Source of the DNA: the human T2T-CHM13v2.0 reference genome, Homo sapiens
Reading direction: 5' to 3' (one strand)
Assembly (NCBI RefSeq): GCF_009914755.1
Contig: NC_060929.1
DNA: 64,000 nt
Shown here: piece by piece, positions 1 to 15,133 of the stretch
Numbering within the stretch: the first letter of the stretch is position 1
Layout of the letters: the number at the start of each line of letters is the position of its first letter
Made by a program: the position numbers and the translations under genes
Notes under the pieces: model-generated
What the model was told of the DNA's origin: nothing
What the model saw: the letters and a program-made list of their open reading frames with translations, nothing else
Databases searched by the model: none

Positions 1-769
1 GTGCCACTTATCTTGTCCGTACAAAAACGTGACTTCAAATTTCACTTGGAGCCAACTGGTTGAAGTATCTTAAATTTAGGCACTTGAAATTTCTTCTAAA
101 TTCATCAACTTTTTTTTGATAACAACTAATATTCACTAGAAAATGAGACACAGATGATGGCCCTAACCGCACCAACATGGACGCCATAAGGAGTGTCAGG
201 GGGAACTCTGGCGGGAGTTGGATCTCGCCAACAATATTATTAGGTCAGCATTAAGTATCTCTGAAATGAATGGCCAGCATATCATTTTTGTATTGATTTT
301 GGCCTCAGTTCTCTTTTTCTTTTGTTTTGCTTGTTTGAGTCATCTGCTGATATGCTTTGGTCATCTCTATGTCTTATATTAGTCTAGTAGTTTCCTGGCA
401 TCATTAATTATGTTGGTAGCAACATATTCTTTCTCTGGTTATGACATAAGCATTATTTTCTCCCCTTACCCAGTTTAGTGGTCTCTTCCTTATTTACAAA
501 GTTGTCCATGAGCTGCTTTTATACTGACCCATTTTTGTTTTTATTTTTCAACTCAAAATTCTGTGGAAACCTCGGAGTGTTTTTCCTCCCTAATGTGAGA
601 TAGTCACCCTTGAGAATTGCTCTGAAAACAGCAATTGCTGCAGAATATGTCTCCCCAGGTGTATAGAAATGTCTTCAGATATTGTGGTGGGAAGGGTTTG
701 TAAATGACTTTAATGTTGATAGGGAAAGAATTGGGGTTTAAGTCTGCTTGGAAGATTTCTATCCTTGTA

Positions 770-1085
770 TCAAAGGCTTATTCTATTAGGTATGAGTCCT
801 AAAACCTTGTCAGCATACATATTTATAGTCTTACACATATACGTGATATGTGTAACACATAACTATATAGTTGTAGTTATAACAATTTTAACTCCATATA
901 GTTATATATATATATTTATAAGTCATCTACATGCATTACTGTATACATTAAAAACACATAGCTAACAGAATTTTAAAAGGTTAAGATACAAATAAAAACA
1001 GGAGTTCTAGTGTTTTCTTTCCAGTCCTGTAAATTGATTTGTGCACTCCTGGCATACACACTCCCCTCTCTGGAGATCAACATTC
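770..1085 (-). mobile_element. Old hAT-Charlie non-autonomous DNA transposon (MER113-like)
   Basis: AT-rich body ending in ...gtgcactcctggcatacacactcccctctctggagatcaac, resembling the recalled terminus of MER112/113-type elements; boundaries approximate. Confidence 0.4.
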
Positions 1086-3389
1086 TACTGGCCCTCAAAG
1101 CTGGGATTAAAGGCCATCTGTTTTATCTGCTTCACTAAGGTTTTGTTGTTCATGGCTTCACACTTACAGTAGTGCACAGAACACTGAGTCATATTGTTGT
1201 GCTTTTGGGCGTGAGACTACAGAGCTAAGCATAGAGAGTATTCTTTCCAGTTTGTGGCATGTGATGAGCTTGATGAATCTGGCAATTTCCATGATGAAGT
1301 AGGTTGTGCCTGGGGCACAGTTGGGCTGATGCAGCGTGCATGTGATGAGCGGGCTCAGAGCTCTGTCTTACAGGAGCAAATACCACAGCACCATGTCCCT
1401 TTATTTTGGCACAAACTGAATTTTATGTTTATTTTGAGGGCTGAATTTAGGCAAAACTGACTAGCTTTGAGGGAGTTGAAGATGTTTCTTACTGAACCCA
1501 AAAGCACCACTTAGCCCCTTTGCAGTGGGTGCATTTTGTGCCACGAGGATGGGACCCAGCACCATGCAAAGTATCTAATCATCTTCCAGTGTGAATTGCA
1601 GACACCATGATATTCCTTTCTAGGATAGTTGAATGTAAACTCTTATCTAAATGTTGAGTAAAGGCTTTTCCTTCTATCGAGAGAATTTTAAACATTAATG
1701 ATTAGGCAGAGATAGAAGATGAGGTTAGAAAGCTTCTAGGTTCCTCTGAAATCACCCTGTTTGTTGATATGCTCATCTGTTCTCAGCCTCTAAGTACTTT
1801 CCTAGTCATTTGAAAAAGGAGAGAGATTCAACAAACCTGGTTTTATTCCTGAGAGAGTACTGTCACAAACAATAATGTTGTCAAGAAAACCAAAATAGTG
1901 TCTGACTTGTTTAGAGGTGCTAAGGGCATCTGACAAGCCAAAGAGTAAGGATAATATTGGAGGAGGAAGAATGCCTCTTACATTGGTGGACAACAGAACA
2001 CGTAATTTGAAGAAAATAATCTGCTGAATTTCATTATTTAATTCTGATCTTGAACATCACATCTACATTTATTTCCATGCTAAACATGTAGAAAAAACTA
2101 GAACTAATTAGAACATTTGGAAATGGTACCAAAATAGATAATATTTTTAAATCAAATAAATAATAGAATGAACAAAAATGGGCATAAATGAGTGAGCAAA
2201 GCCGTAAGCACATTAGAAATATACAAATAATAAATGGTACACAGATGGCCTGATATTTAATACTGAACTGAAGTTCTGGAATGAACACAGAGTTTTTTTT
2301 TAATTGAAAATGGCATTTCACTGGCACACAGAAATAATAATAATTGGCTCTTTGGGACATTTCCTAACTGAGGGCTTAATAGACTACAGGTACTCTTGCA
2401 CTTTTGAGGTTTGATTAAAGATTATATAAAACAAATAAGTGTAATGAATTCTGTTAGTGATAAACTAAAATATTTCAAGTAAAACTCAGTGGTGATTTCT
2501 GAAACAGCTGTGAAATATACTAACAAGATCAGTAGTCTCAACAATATATTTCTACTTGTGAGTATATATTTAGAGACCAACAAAATAGGGGGATATTAGG
2601 ATTTGATTAAACTGTCAGGCCAGGAACCATATGTTTACATTTGAGTTTCTGCAGTCAATGGGGTGTTTAACATGGCCAGAAAACTTCCTTTGAAGTGGGT
2701 AGCAAAGACAGGGAAGGAGCCACATAAGTTGATATTCAGCATGGTTTAATGAGACATGTGGCTCCAATCCACAGACCAAATTCAATATCTACTCTACTAT
2801 ACATTTTTGCCAAACATAAATCCATATTTATTATTCCCTTCAAAGCATTTTGGACATTAACAAGGATTCAAGGAGAAATGGACCCTTTGCCAACTTCAGA
2901 GCCAGTTGAAATAGAAAGGTCTGAAGTTAAGTTTACACTGCGGGTCTATCGTGTTTACTGATTTGGCACCACACTGTTTCTTGACTTCTGATGATAAATG
3001 GTCTATAAAGAGTTCACACATCTTCTTTAGCGTCAAATATCTCTTCACAAGTAATATTTTAGTGAGTTGAATATAAATGAGCCAAAATCATGAATAATAG
3101 GTCCCTTTGGACTTATGAACGAAGGGGGAAAGTAGTTGTAGTTGATAAAATGTGACCAGAAACTGTAGCTTTAGTTTTTGTTAAATGTTTGAAGAAGGCA
3201 CTATTCGATTAAAGAAATCATCTAGTGACAGTGCCTCTTTTCTGCTGAACACTCTTGGATTGGGCCAGTTACTCTTTAGGCTGAATTTCCTCCTGTCCCC
3301 AACTTTTATTTGTTTCCTTGTGGACAAATTCATCCCCCTGCTTTTCTGTGGACCTTGCTTCCTTACTTCTCAAATTCCATATATTTTAA

Positions 3390-3683
<294 letters not shown>

Positions 3684-4034
3684 GACTGTATATATCTTTT
3701 GCAATATCTCCCATATTTAGTTTTTTCTTCTGGAAGAGTATACTCTACTATTATTAGGCAAGTCCCCAATGAGGACTTCTTTACCTGTAAGGAAAGCAAA
3801 CTTCAGAAAGTTGACACTGGTTGTAGGGAGAAATCTAGGTCGAGAAGCCACATCTTCTGACTCATAGTCTTATACTTTGATTAGTACTCTGTATGGCTTC
3901 ACCTAATACTGAGACATCTGCAAGAAGCCTCTGGATTCTGATGTCTTCCCTTTTCAATTTCCTCTTACCAATTTATTTAAAAAAAATAACTGTACCAGGT
4001 GTTTTGCTAGGAGCTGGGTACCAGTCTGCCCCTG

Positions 4035-4212
4035 CAGGACCAGTTACATAATTTGAGGGACCCACTGCAAAATAAAGATGCAGGACCCCATTTTCAAATA
4101 ATATTAAGAATTTCAAGATGGTGAGAGCAGAGCATTAAACGATGTGTAGGGCTCTTCTGAGCCCAGTGCCCTGTGTGCCTACATAGGTTGCAAGCCCAGG
4201 AAGCTGACCTTA
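4035..4212. mobile_element. MER45A-like hAT-Tip100 MITE
   Basis: caggaccagttacataatttgaggg...aagaatttcaagatggtgagagcagagcattaaac...gaagctgacctt matches recalled MER45A layout with degenerate TIRs. Confidence 0.8.
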
Positions 4213-4734
4213 GCACCTGATTGTTCACATAGCACTCTTCTTAATGTCATTCCTTTGCTTATGACTTATTAAGTGGTCCTCAGAAACGTTTAAACTCTAA
4301 GAACTCTCCTCCTTTTGGCTGAAATCAGACTTTCCATTCTGACTTCTCATGGTTCTCCTAAGCAGACTCTCTTCCTGCTTAACTAATGAAATAATATAGT
4401 TGAAAAAATATCAGTTTTCTCAGCAGCTGATAGCAAAATGGTAGGCGCATGAAGAGCTCAGAGTGAGTCACTCAAAAGGAGAAGTGACCTTCGGGAAGAT
4501 ACTTGGATAGCAAGAGGAAGAAGTATGTTCTTCTAGATGATAAAGGAAGTGGAGAGGAAGGAGAGCACAGTCTTGGGGAGAGAGGCTTGACTTCTCTGGC
4601 AGCAAATATTTCCCAGAGAAGACATCAGTTGAGAGAAGGGTTCTATTTGTGTTAAAATCTTCTGCTGACTGCCTTGCTCAGAACGCGTTTGGCATGGAAA
4701 TTCTGAGGCTGTGTTAGGGTTGGCAGTGACTTCA

Positions 4735-5077
<343 letters not shown>

Positions 5078-6129
5078 TCAACAAATGGGATTCTTCTGGT
5101 ATTTCACTATATCCTGACCATGCCTGGCATATGCCATTTTCCCACCACCCCTCTCAATCTACCCTTTTCCCAGCTATTCTTTCCTCTTTGTTCTTTGCTT
5201 ATTTAAAATCTGTTCATCATATCAGGCTGAATTCAAACTTTTCTTTCTTTAAGAAATCTTAAAAACCATCCTGATTCAAAATGTGTTCAAAATGCATTCA
5301 AAATGCATTTTCTGCTATAAATGCATTTGACCTGTCACAAATCACTTGGCACTGTGGCTTATTGGCTTATTTCTCTTTCTAGATGGAATTGTTTTATATG
5401 ACTGTGTGTGATCTCCCTCCTGAGGGAAGGGCTTGTCTTTTCATCTTTCTACCTCACACCCAGCCCAGTATTGTGTCTATACAGCAGAATGGAGAGTGAT
5501 CCTAAAGAGGAGAGTTGATCAAGCTAGAGAAAACCTTAATGTCAAAGAAAATGAAAAAAAAGGAGCAGAAAATATTTAGGTTTTAGAGACAGGTACTTGC
5601 AGCTTGGCAAAGACTTCCATACAAATCTGTTGATATATATTCTCTTCTGAAAAGTATTATTTTGACCAGGTATATTAGTAAGTCAGAAACTTTTTAATAA
5701 GCTTTTTGAAGAAGTGGCCAATATTCCAACCTTCCAGCAAGTGGTCATGGGACAAATGCAATTGGGGGAACACATTGGAAATATCCAGGCTGTTCCATAA
5801 CATTGCTGTTACTCATGCAGATTGAGAGTAATCACCAGGTCTTTGGAAAGAATTTGAATCTGATATATTTACTTAGAACATATTCTATTACCATAGTCAC
5901 AAAATAAACTCTATATTGTTTTCATAATAGTGTATGGTTCCAGTCTTTGCAGCTAAATTATTTGCCACAATCGTAATGTTCTATAGATACCGTTTATGCA
6001 GATAGCTGATTGGGTACAAACTATGATTACTGAAGTGAATATTTTGATGCCTAGAATGGGCTAAGGCCGGTAAGTAGCACAACTCGGAGATTTTTATCTT
6101 AAAGATGTTTATTTCTGTGTGAACATCCT

Positions 6130-6490
6130 TAATATAGTTTGGCTGTGTCCCCACCCAAATCTCATCTTGAATTGTAGCTCCCATAATTCCCACGTTTTGT
6201 GGGAGGGACCCAGTAGGAGATAATTGAATCATGGAGGCAGTTTCCCCGATACTATTCTTGTGGTAGTGGATAAGTCTCACAAGTTCTGATGGTTTTATAA
6301 GGGGAAACCCCTTTCTCTTGGTTCTCATTCTTTCTTGCCTGTCACCATGTAAAATGTGCCTTTCACCTTCTGCCCTGATTGTGAGGCCTCCCCAGACACA
6401 TGGAACTGCGAGTCCATTAGACCTGTTTTTCTTTAAAATTACCCAGTCTTGGGTATATCTTTATCAGCAGCACGAGAACGGCCTAATATA
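6130..6490 (+). mobile_element. THE1 (THE1C/D-like) solo LTR, ERVL-MaLR
   Basis: ...tttggctgtgtccccacccaaatctcatcttgaattgtagctccc...ttacccagtc...ctaata; 5-bp TSD ATCCT at 6125 and 6491. Confidence 0.92.
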
Positions 6491-9022
6491 ATCCTACATA
6501 GAGTTTTGTTGAAAGGGGAGAGAGCTGGTATCAGGTGGAAAAAGAAAAAGCCGACCCTGCGGAAGGAGTAAACCTCAAGTAGGAATACATTTTTGTTTTA
6601 TCTACGAATATGGTAAGTTTATATTTCATTTCGGAAGATACTGATATCAGAGAAGTTAAACATGGTATCCATGATAATGATAGTGAGTAGGTGTTCCCAC
6701 CATAGAAAACTCAAATGGCCTTTCCTGTATGAAGTCAGGTGGGTCAGGAGCAAAATGACCTGACAAATGAATTGGTTGGGAATTTAGAAATCTCAGTAAG
6801 AAGTGCTTCACTTATTCAAACAGCATGCCACGCTGTCTCCCCGACCCCTACCACCAAAGATACCTTTCAGATGGCAGCTTTTTCCCCCAAACACCTTCTT
6901 CAGTAGCATTATCTTAGAAAGTTATTGAGGTGCTTAGGTTTACAGACTTGGAAGCCTGACTGTGTGATGCAATTGAGAATCATCTGTCTCTAAGATTCAG
7001 ATGCATATTCGTTGAGCTTAAGGTTGACATACAAACATAGAATGCAAATTTATCTATTTATAGTGAAACTTCTGTCTTAGGAATCAGAATACTCAAGTCC
7101 TCAGCACCAGCACATTCTCTCCCTATAGGTCATCCCATATAGGGAGCCCATTATAATCAGAAGACTTTCCAGGGTGACATGAGAACATACTGTTAGTTTG
7201 ATGAACTTCAGTGTTTCTTGGCAACAGGCTAAATTAGCTTGTTGTTTACACCGCCACAAAAAGAAAGACCTTGACAATGGACTACAGTATTCTGTGTCTG
7301 GCTAGGCCTGTTTAAAATGCTTTGGTGAGCAGCTTACATGTAACTTTCTGACTCTCTTTTTAAATCTTCCATAACTCATCAGGCATACTTTGTATCAACA
7401 TATTATTTCTTTAGATGTGTTAATGAACTCCATTTGATCCCAGTCAGATTTTGCAGGCTTAGTTCTTGAAGGGACCTTGCAAAATGGGATGACTTTTAAA
7501 TAATTAATCATATTTTCTTTTTCAGCTTCATCCATGATTAATTTTACCCTGTGGAAAATAAGGAGAAAATCCTAGTCATTGCTTGGTAGTAGGAGTGTGG
7601 TGGCATTATGGAGGAGTTTAGTGGGGAGTGACAAGATCTTCATTAAGGACATAGGGAATTGGGAGACAGATTTTCAGTTGCAGGAGAGATTTCCAGTTGC
7701 AGGTGAAACCATCTTGAGTTTGGAGTGGGAAAATTTGGAGAAGATCATTTGTGTCAATTCAGCTGGGATGGTGGTGAGGTGTTGACCTACCGGTGCAAAG
7801 ATCCCATCTCTGTACACATTAGTGGCAAAACCCATGGCAGTTGTCATATAAATGAGTCCAGTGGCAAAAGCAAATTAATGGGGATTTTTCTGTGGTCAGA
7901 ACAAGGTAGACTAAACCAGTGGACCCAAAGCTAAGAGAAAACGCAGGATACAGGAAATAAACCTGGTGATTCTTTCTGGAAAACACAGTCCTACTCTGAC
8001 TGATGGAACAAGCAGAGAAAATGAAATTTTTATCTTTCTTTTTGTTGTCTAGTTTACCCTTCTTTCTGATAGAAAGTAAAAACAGTGGAGCATGGAAATA
8101 TATATTTTTAAAGGTCTAACAGCTTAACTAGTAGTCATGCTCATATTTTTATTTTCTTTTTATTGTCTTGCTCTGACTGAGCATTAGGACAGAAATTAAT
8201 TGATTTCGCAAAGTGGCGTATGCCACCACCACCCACCACCCCAAAGCAACAACAAAAACAAAATTTTTTCATAGGCTTGTGCCACTGGTTTTGAATAGAG
8301 TTCATTAGCAAATGTAAACTTTGTCTTACAGTCATATTTAACCATTGCCTTATAAATTAAAACCAAGACATTATTAAATTCTTAGAAAAAAAGATATAAA
8401 CCATTTGCTTAGTTAATAGTTCCCCCTTTCCTTCCCAAGATAAAAAACAAAAACCAAACATTTTTGTGTTGCTATAAATTGCACCAGTGCATCCCTTTTG
8501 ATGGTGTTGTGTTGCATAATATGTAACTACAGAAACTAATTTTGCAAACATGCAAGAATGGGATATTTGCAAATAGCTCTGTTCTGGATATTAAGCACAA
8601 AGTGAATTAAGTTATTGAATTCCGTTTAAGCAGCATTAACCTTGTTTTAAGCCTTTTACTTTCATTAGTCCACCCTTCCCTTCCCACTTGGCTGTTCATA
8701 GTACATATTGATTCTCAAGGTGGTACTTTAGAAAAGTAAGAGATGGTGGTGAAATTACCTGGATAATGGAAACCACAATGACATTGAAGGCTATGTTAGA
8801 GTCTTTTTGTAATACAAGTCCGGCTCATGCTGTAGATCTAAGCTGTGGATCTAGTTTAAAAATACTAATTTTATAAAAGACTCTCTCAGTTAAATGAATG
8901 AGTGGCCTTTGGTGTGCTCCAAGAATGGATTTTCCTGTGTTATATAAAATGTATACTATGTTGTTGCGTGATTCGTTGTTTTTATTTTGATGAACCCGCT
9001 TTAAATATGAAAAGTATAAGTA

Positions 9023-9612
9023 CTGTCACTTCTGTTATAACATGACAAATGTATTCCTATAAGTCACACTGTTGTGGAAAATTACATAACATAAAAGGGC
9101 TTGTGAGAAAAATGGGGCTATGGGTATAATACCGCCAAACTAAGTCACCGACACATAAATAAGATAGGAACATACTAAAACAAGTAGCACAGTCTTACAT
9201 ATGTTATGTGGTTAAGAAATAAATAATAGAATAAATGTAGCCTTTTATCTTGAAAAATACTTGAAGTTTGGTTGTAGAAGAGTTGCAGCTTGCCAGTTAT
9301 TGTGAAGTAGAGGAAGGACAGTTATTTTCAAGTCATGGGAAAGTTGTAACACTAGAAGGGTATGGCTCATAACCCATGAGTAAACTGAGATAATTGACAA
9401 ATTCTCGGTGTTCGTATGTTTTATGTATTCCTTTGAGGCTCAGTTTCAGCAGAGTGCCATTTTCTGCATTCACCTGATGTTCCTTAAAGATGTAATAACT
9501 ATACATAACTGTGAAATGTAAAATTAATGTTATGCTCACAGTTTTTGCTAATATATTAATGGTGTAGAAACAAATTTGCATATCAAAATATGCATACAAA
9601 ACAAAACTGACT
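9023..9612 (+). mobile_element. Tigger13a-like TcMar DNA transposon
   Basis: Start ctgtcacttctgttataac and end aaactgact resemble Tigger TIRs; internal motifs (gagaaaaatggggc, agttgcagcttgccagttattgtgaag) match recalled Tigger13a. Confidence 0.7.
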
Positions 9613-10122
9613 ACATCTTGTTCGAAATCATCATTGGCATCATCATCATCATCGTTATCATCACCATGATTACTTTACATTTTCATGAGTTGATTTTATC
9701 ATAACTTCTTGGGCATAAATTTTATCTGTAAGAATGTTTTATTGAAACACTTTAATAACAATTCTGGGAAATAATTATCTTTCAGAATAATGTGAAAATC
9801 TATTATCGCAATTAGAGAATAAATCCATAAGATGATATTTGGCTCCTATGAAGCTTTTGTTTTTGGCTTGCAGACTCTCCTTTGGAGACAAATAACAAGA
9901 TAACAATTATCTTGTTATTTCTCTCAGTTCCAGGTAAACAAAAGGTGCCTAATACAAGCATATTAACCTGACTTGACTTAACTCAGAGGAAATGAAAAGT
10001 TCCAGCCAAGTAAGGTTAACTCAGACAAAACTCAGTTACCCTTTTTGAAGTCCTTTCCAAAATCAATGGTGATTTATTTCAGTGACCCCCCTTAAAGCGT
10101 ACATACATTTCCACAGAATCAG

Positions 10123-10479
10123 CGTATTAATCTGTTCTCATGCTGCTATGAAGAAATATCTGAGACTGGGTAGTTTATAAAGAAAAGAGGTTTATTGACT
10201 CACAGTTTTGCATGGCTGGAGAGGCCTCAGGAAACTTAACAATCATGGCAGAAGGCACCTCTTCACAGGGCGGCAGGAGAGAGAATGAGTGCTGAGCAAA
10301 GGTGGAAACCCCTTATAAAACCATCAGATCTTGTGAGAACTCACTCACTATCACAAAAACAGCACGGGGAAAACTGCCCCCATGATTCAGTTATCTCCAC
10401 CTGGTCCCTCCCTTGACATGTGGGGATTATTACAATTCAAGGTGAGATCTCGTTGGGGACACAGAGTCAAACCATATCA
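10123..10479 (-). mobile_element. THE1D/MSTA-like solo LTR
   Basis: gtattaatctgttctcatgctgctatgaagaaata...caaaccatatca; 5-bp TSD ATCAG at 10118 and 10480. Confidence 0.92.
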
Positions 10480-11749
10480 ATCAGGGATAGGCACCCATGT
10501 GTGAGGGCAGTAGACAGAATCCAAGGGGCAAATAGATGCTGTGCCTTAAGAAAAGATTAGTACCTTTGACTGTTTATCTGGATTTTGCTAGTAGGTTTCT
10601 TTTTCCTGCAGCAGTAAAACCATCCCAAGCTCTGAGGAGTACCACTGACATACCCACTCCATTTGTGGTCCCTGAATGCTCTTTGACCCGTTTGAGGAAC
10701 CAGGAGATAATTAGTTTCTAAAATATGATTTGAGAACATCCACTCTCCAACCACAATTTATTGAATTATCTGTACAACTAATTGATTTAATTCTAACAAT
10801 GACTCTCTCAGAACCTTACTGCGGAAGGGAGCCTGGATATTTTAGTCCATTTCCTTTTCTCCCCACTCTGATTTCTTGAGAAAAAAATAATAGGGTTAAC
10901 TACTGCAGAGCAATTCCTTTAGGAATGTAACAAATCTGCATTACTTATCGCTAGAAATTATGAGTGGATGATAATGATTTGAATGATTTGCAGGTTTCTT
11001 GATAGTTTTCTGCAAAATTAGACCAGGAAGGAGTGAGTTAGTAGGAAGTTGAGCTTGGTGGAGGCCATGAACAATAAGCTTGAGAAGCTTGAGGAGCATA
11101 TTAATTGACTTAACTCACATGTGACCATGATTATCAGTACCTATTATTTGGAATGCAGAAATTCAAGAATGTTACTAAATCAGTTCAACACCAATCTCCA
11201 AAGGTCCCATTGGCTTAAATTAAACCTGAGACTCAGCAAAAAATGAAACCAAATCGTGGGTATTGTATAAACTCTGTTTTACTATTGAAAATACAAACTG
11301 AAAAACTGATTTTATGCACCACTTAGCTGCTGTTAAATTCATCTTCAGTGACTTATCGATTTGTAATGACACTGGGAAAAAGAGAGATTACACAGTGCTG
11401 GAATCTTATATTCTCTAAATAAGCCCTTCAGTTAAAACACAAACATATATTATATAATCACATAAAATAAAAATATAATATTATGGAAAGATAAATATTA
11501 AGCCGTTATTTTAATTTATTTGTAAAGTTAACAAAACTTAATGCATTAAACTTATACTCAAACATTTGATACTACAAAATTTTATGCTCTTTTTCTCAAA
11601 AGGGAAAATGGCATAAAACTTAAGTAAAAATTAATATATAAGAATGCTCCTGTTCTTGAATTAACTAACCCACTGCCAAATAAAGGTAATGGTATAAAAT
11701 GTATTGCGATGCTTGCACCAGGAATCTGATGTGGGATATCAGGAGAATG

Positions 11750-12142
11750 TTCTATGATACCTCTGAACCAGACTTTGTAAAGCAGCTTTTATTATTCAGG
11801 ATTGGCATTACAGGTCTATTACTTAAACTCATATTGAGGAGTCAGGAGAAAGGAGTTGCAGACATGAGCTGTCAGGGCCTATGGGTCTTGCTGTGTGGAC
11901 ACGAGTTGTGGAGAGGGAAAATGAAGCTGATATGCACAAAGATGCAGAAATAAGGAGCAGGGAGAATCTCATGTAGTCCAAGTCCACAGAATTCCCACCT
12001 GTACCCTAATCCCACTCCAGGCTTCTTATTATAAGTGCTCCATTAATTCCATGGATTAATGTATTTCTCTTTTTGCTCAAGCCGCCTAGGATTTTTTTTT
12101 TTTTTTTTTTTTTGCCAATGGCAATCACACCATTCTAAGTAC
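11750..12142 (+). mobile_element. Old MLT1-type LTR fragment
   Basis: gaaaatgaagctga...ttctctttttgctcaagcc 3' pattern typical of MLT1J/K; heavily diverged. Confidence 0.4.
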
Positions 12143-14747
12143 CTTTCTGTTCATCCCGTAATGAGGGCTTTTTGTGGCTCTGCAGCCCTGATCTTCCTTC
12201 CTGAACTCTCACATGTTCTTTCAGCACACATCTGAGTGATTCATCTGATGCTACCACTTTAAATGGGCTGCATTTCTGTTTAAAGTAGTCACCACGTCAT
12301 AGAAAGCACTGCATACTTGAGTGGCAGAAATTAAAGTTGCTAGCTAGTGAGCAAAAATGAATACTAATTCTAGCTGCTCCTGAGTCCAGAGAGCGGCACA
12401 CTCCATCTCAGTGAAGTAGCTCTTTCTGAGATTCCTCATCCGTGGGGCTTTTCAGTTAATCAAGAGAGTATGTCCAGGCTAGTCTACTTAGGCAAGGTCG
12501 AGGCAAGAGGAAGCTAAATGGCTCTGCCTGAAAAGAGAAGACAGGAATTTTTAAAGTGGGTAAGTCACACTAAGGCCACAGGGGTTCAACAGCATATCTA
12601 TGTGTAACACAACAACTAACTGGGCGACTATGCGGAGAAAAAGCTCCCTTATTTCCAGAGTTTCTTCTTGGTTTCTGAGTAACTGAAGTTTCTGGTTAAC
12701 AGGAACTTCTCCTCCTGTTCAGGATTGGAAAATTCAGCTCCTTTATGTTGATTCTGGCACTTCCATGAGATTCAGGAGTCAAGCTTTTCTGGGTAAAATG
12801 GAAAAGCTTTTGCACTGACTCATCTTGGCTGAGGGCTATCCTGGACTCCAAGGCTCTGCTTTGCGGTGGCAACACAGCAAGACCATCACTCCTTCAGGGA
12901 TTATCTTATTACTTTTTGAAAATGGTTTTGGCTCATATTTATTACCTATCTTATTGATAACCAGCCTTTTAAGTTGGTTGGTTATTCTTAGTAAACTTCA
13001 GCTTATTTTGCTTCTGCTTTCGTATTAGAATTTTAGTTTTGTAACTTTCATGAATTTAAGAAACTTAAATTTTAAACAAAGGAAACTAGTACATATTTCC
13101 AGGATGGTTCCTTCTAACAATAAGTGACATTTATTTAATTTTTACACAGTGGATTAAGTTTTTGGCTGAGGGGCCATTATGTCTTCTTTTTTTTTCCTAT
13201 GATGGGTTATTCCTAAAGGTAAATTTGTGCTTTAATTTAATTCTTCAATGTACCTTTTGCCTGTGAATAATGCCATTTTAGTGAATTTTACATTAGTTAA
13301 AAAAAAATCCTGATGATGGTCTCTAAATCCAGGTTTCAGGGGGAAAAAAGAGGGTCTCTTGTTATCATAAGGGAGGGAGAAAGAACAGGAAGGGGGTGCA
13401 CTGTTTTACAGGGTAAGGACAGACAATGGCTGGGGATGGAAAAAAGGGACGGTTAGATGGAGATTTGTGTGTGTGTGTGTGGAATCCTAGGGATCTGTTG
13501 AACTGAACCTTCAATAATCCTGCACAAATCATCATATTCTCCATGCAACTGAATTTCTTACAGAGGCTGGTGAATAGGGTTAAATTCTGAGTTAAGGTTG
13601 CACAGAGGTTAAAAGAACAAAGCTTAGCAGCAAGGATTATTTGAAATTTCTTTTAATGAGAAAAACTATACTTTCAATACACAAAAGTAAACTGTTCAAA
13701 TTGTATATTATTTAATTCAGAAACCTGGCTCTAAGTAGTATGGTGTCTGAATAGATAACATTAATAGAAGTATAGTCTGGTCATAAAAATTAATTAAAAG
13801 CAATCAAGTTGATATTGTTAAGCAAGTTGGAGGGAAACTAACTTTTACACTGCAGTAACATCTAAAAATCCCCTTCTCAGTTCCTTTCTCTACCAATATC
13901 TCTCCATTCCTCTGACTGCTGAGAAACCATTCTCCGTATCCTCCCCTCTGTAACCCCAAACAAACCCCATTCCAATCCCAAACTCCAATCCCAACCCAAA
14001 CCTTCTCCAAACCCAATAAATAGCAACATAGATTTATTGAACATCTACAATCCATGAACACTCATTTTGATTGATGAGGATACATTTGTGGATAAAACAG
14101 AGAAGCAGTTCTAGTTCTCATGATCCTCTGCCCTTCACCCTGTGGAAAAAGTAGGCAATAAAAAGGCAGATGATAAGTAAAATATGTAATATGTCAGATG
14201 CTTATAAATGATAAGAACCGACAGAGAGTCTTTGATGTCTGCTGGAGGAGGTGGTGGCTAGTGAAGTCTTCCTGAGGAGGGGATTTTTAGTAGAAACGTT
14301 AAGAAAGTGAAGAAGCAAGCCATACAGGCATACAAGGAAGAACATTCCAGGCTGAGGGAATGGCAAGAACCTACAATTTGTGTTTGGAGAAATTCTGGCA
14401 TCTTCAAGGCTGAAAAATGGGGCTTGTCTGATTGAAGGACAAGGTACAAGGAAGAAGTTAGTAGGAGAAAGGGCCAGAGAATGTGTATGAGTATACACAT
14501 AACAGAAAGGCTTCTCCCTTTATTCAGCATAAGATTGAGGCGTTTGAGAATTTCTGAGTGAAAGAGTCCCATGATCCGATTGTGTTCTACAAGCACTGAA
14601 TTGAGAAGAGACTGAAGAGAGGAAAGTGCAGAGGCAGAAAACTCCATGAGGAAATGTGTATCATAATTCAGAAGAGAATCAATGATGTTTTGGATCATAG
14701 AGTTATGGTAATGGGAGGGATGCGAAGTAGAAGTAGAAGAATCCTGA

Positions 14748-15133
<386 letters not shown>

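Noticed and set aside
5275-5310. TTCAAAATG(T/C)N tandem 11-mer; similar micro-duplications at 37629 and 57983
   Set aside because: Ordinary slippage duplications
12290-12870. Possible old LTR; similar impression at 54180-54720 and 62700-63100
   Set aside because: Could not assign family or boundaries by eye
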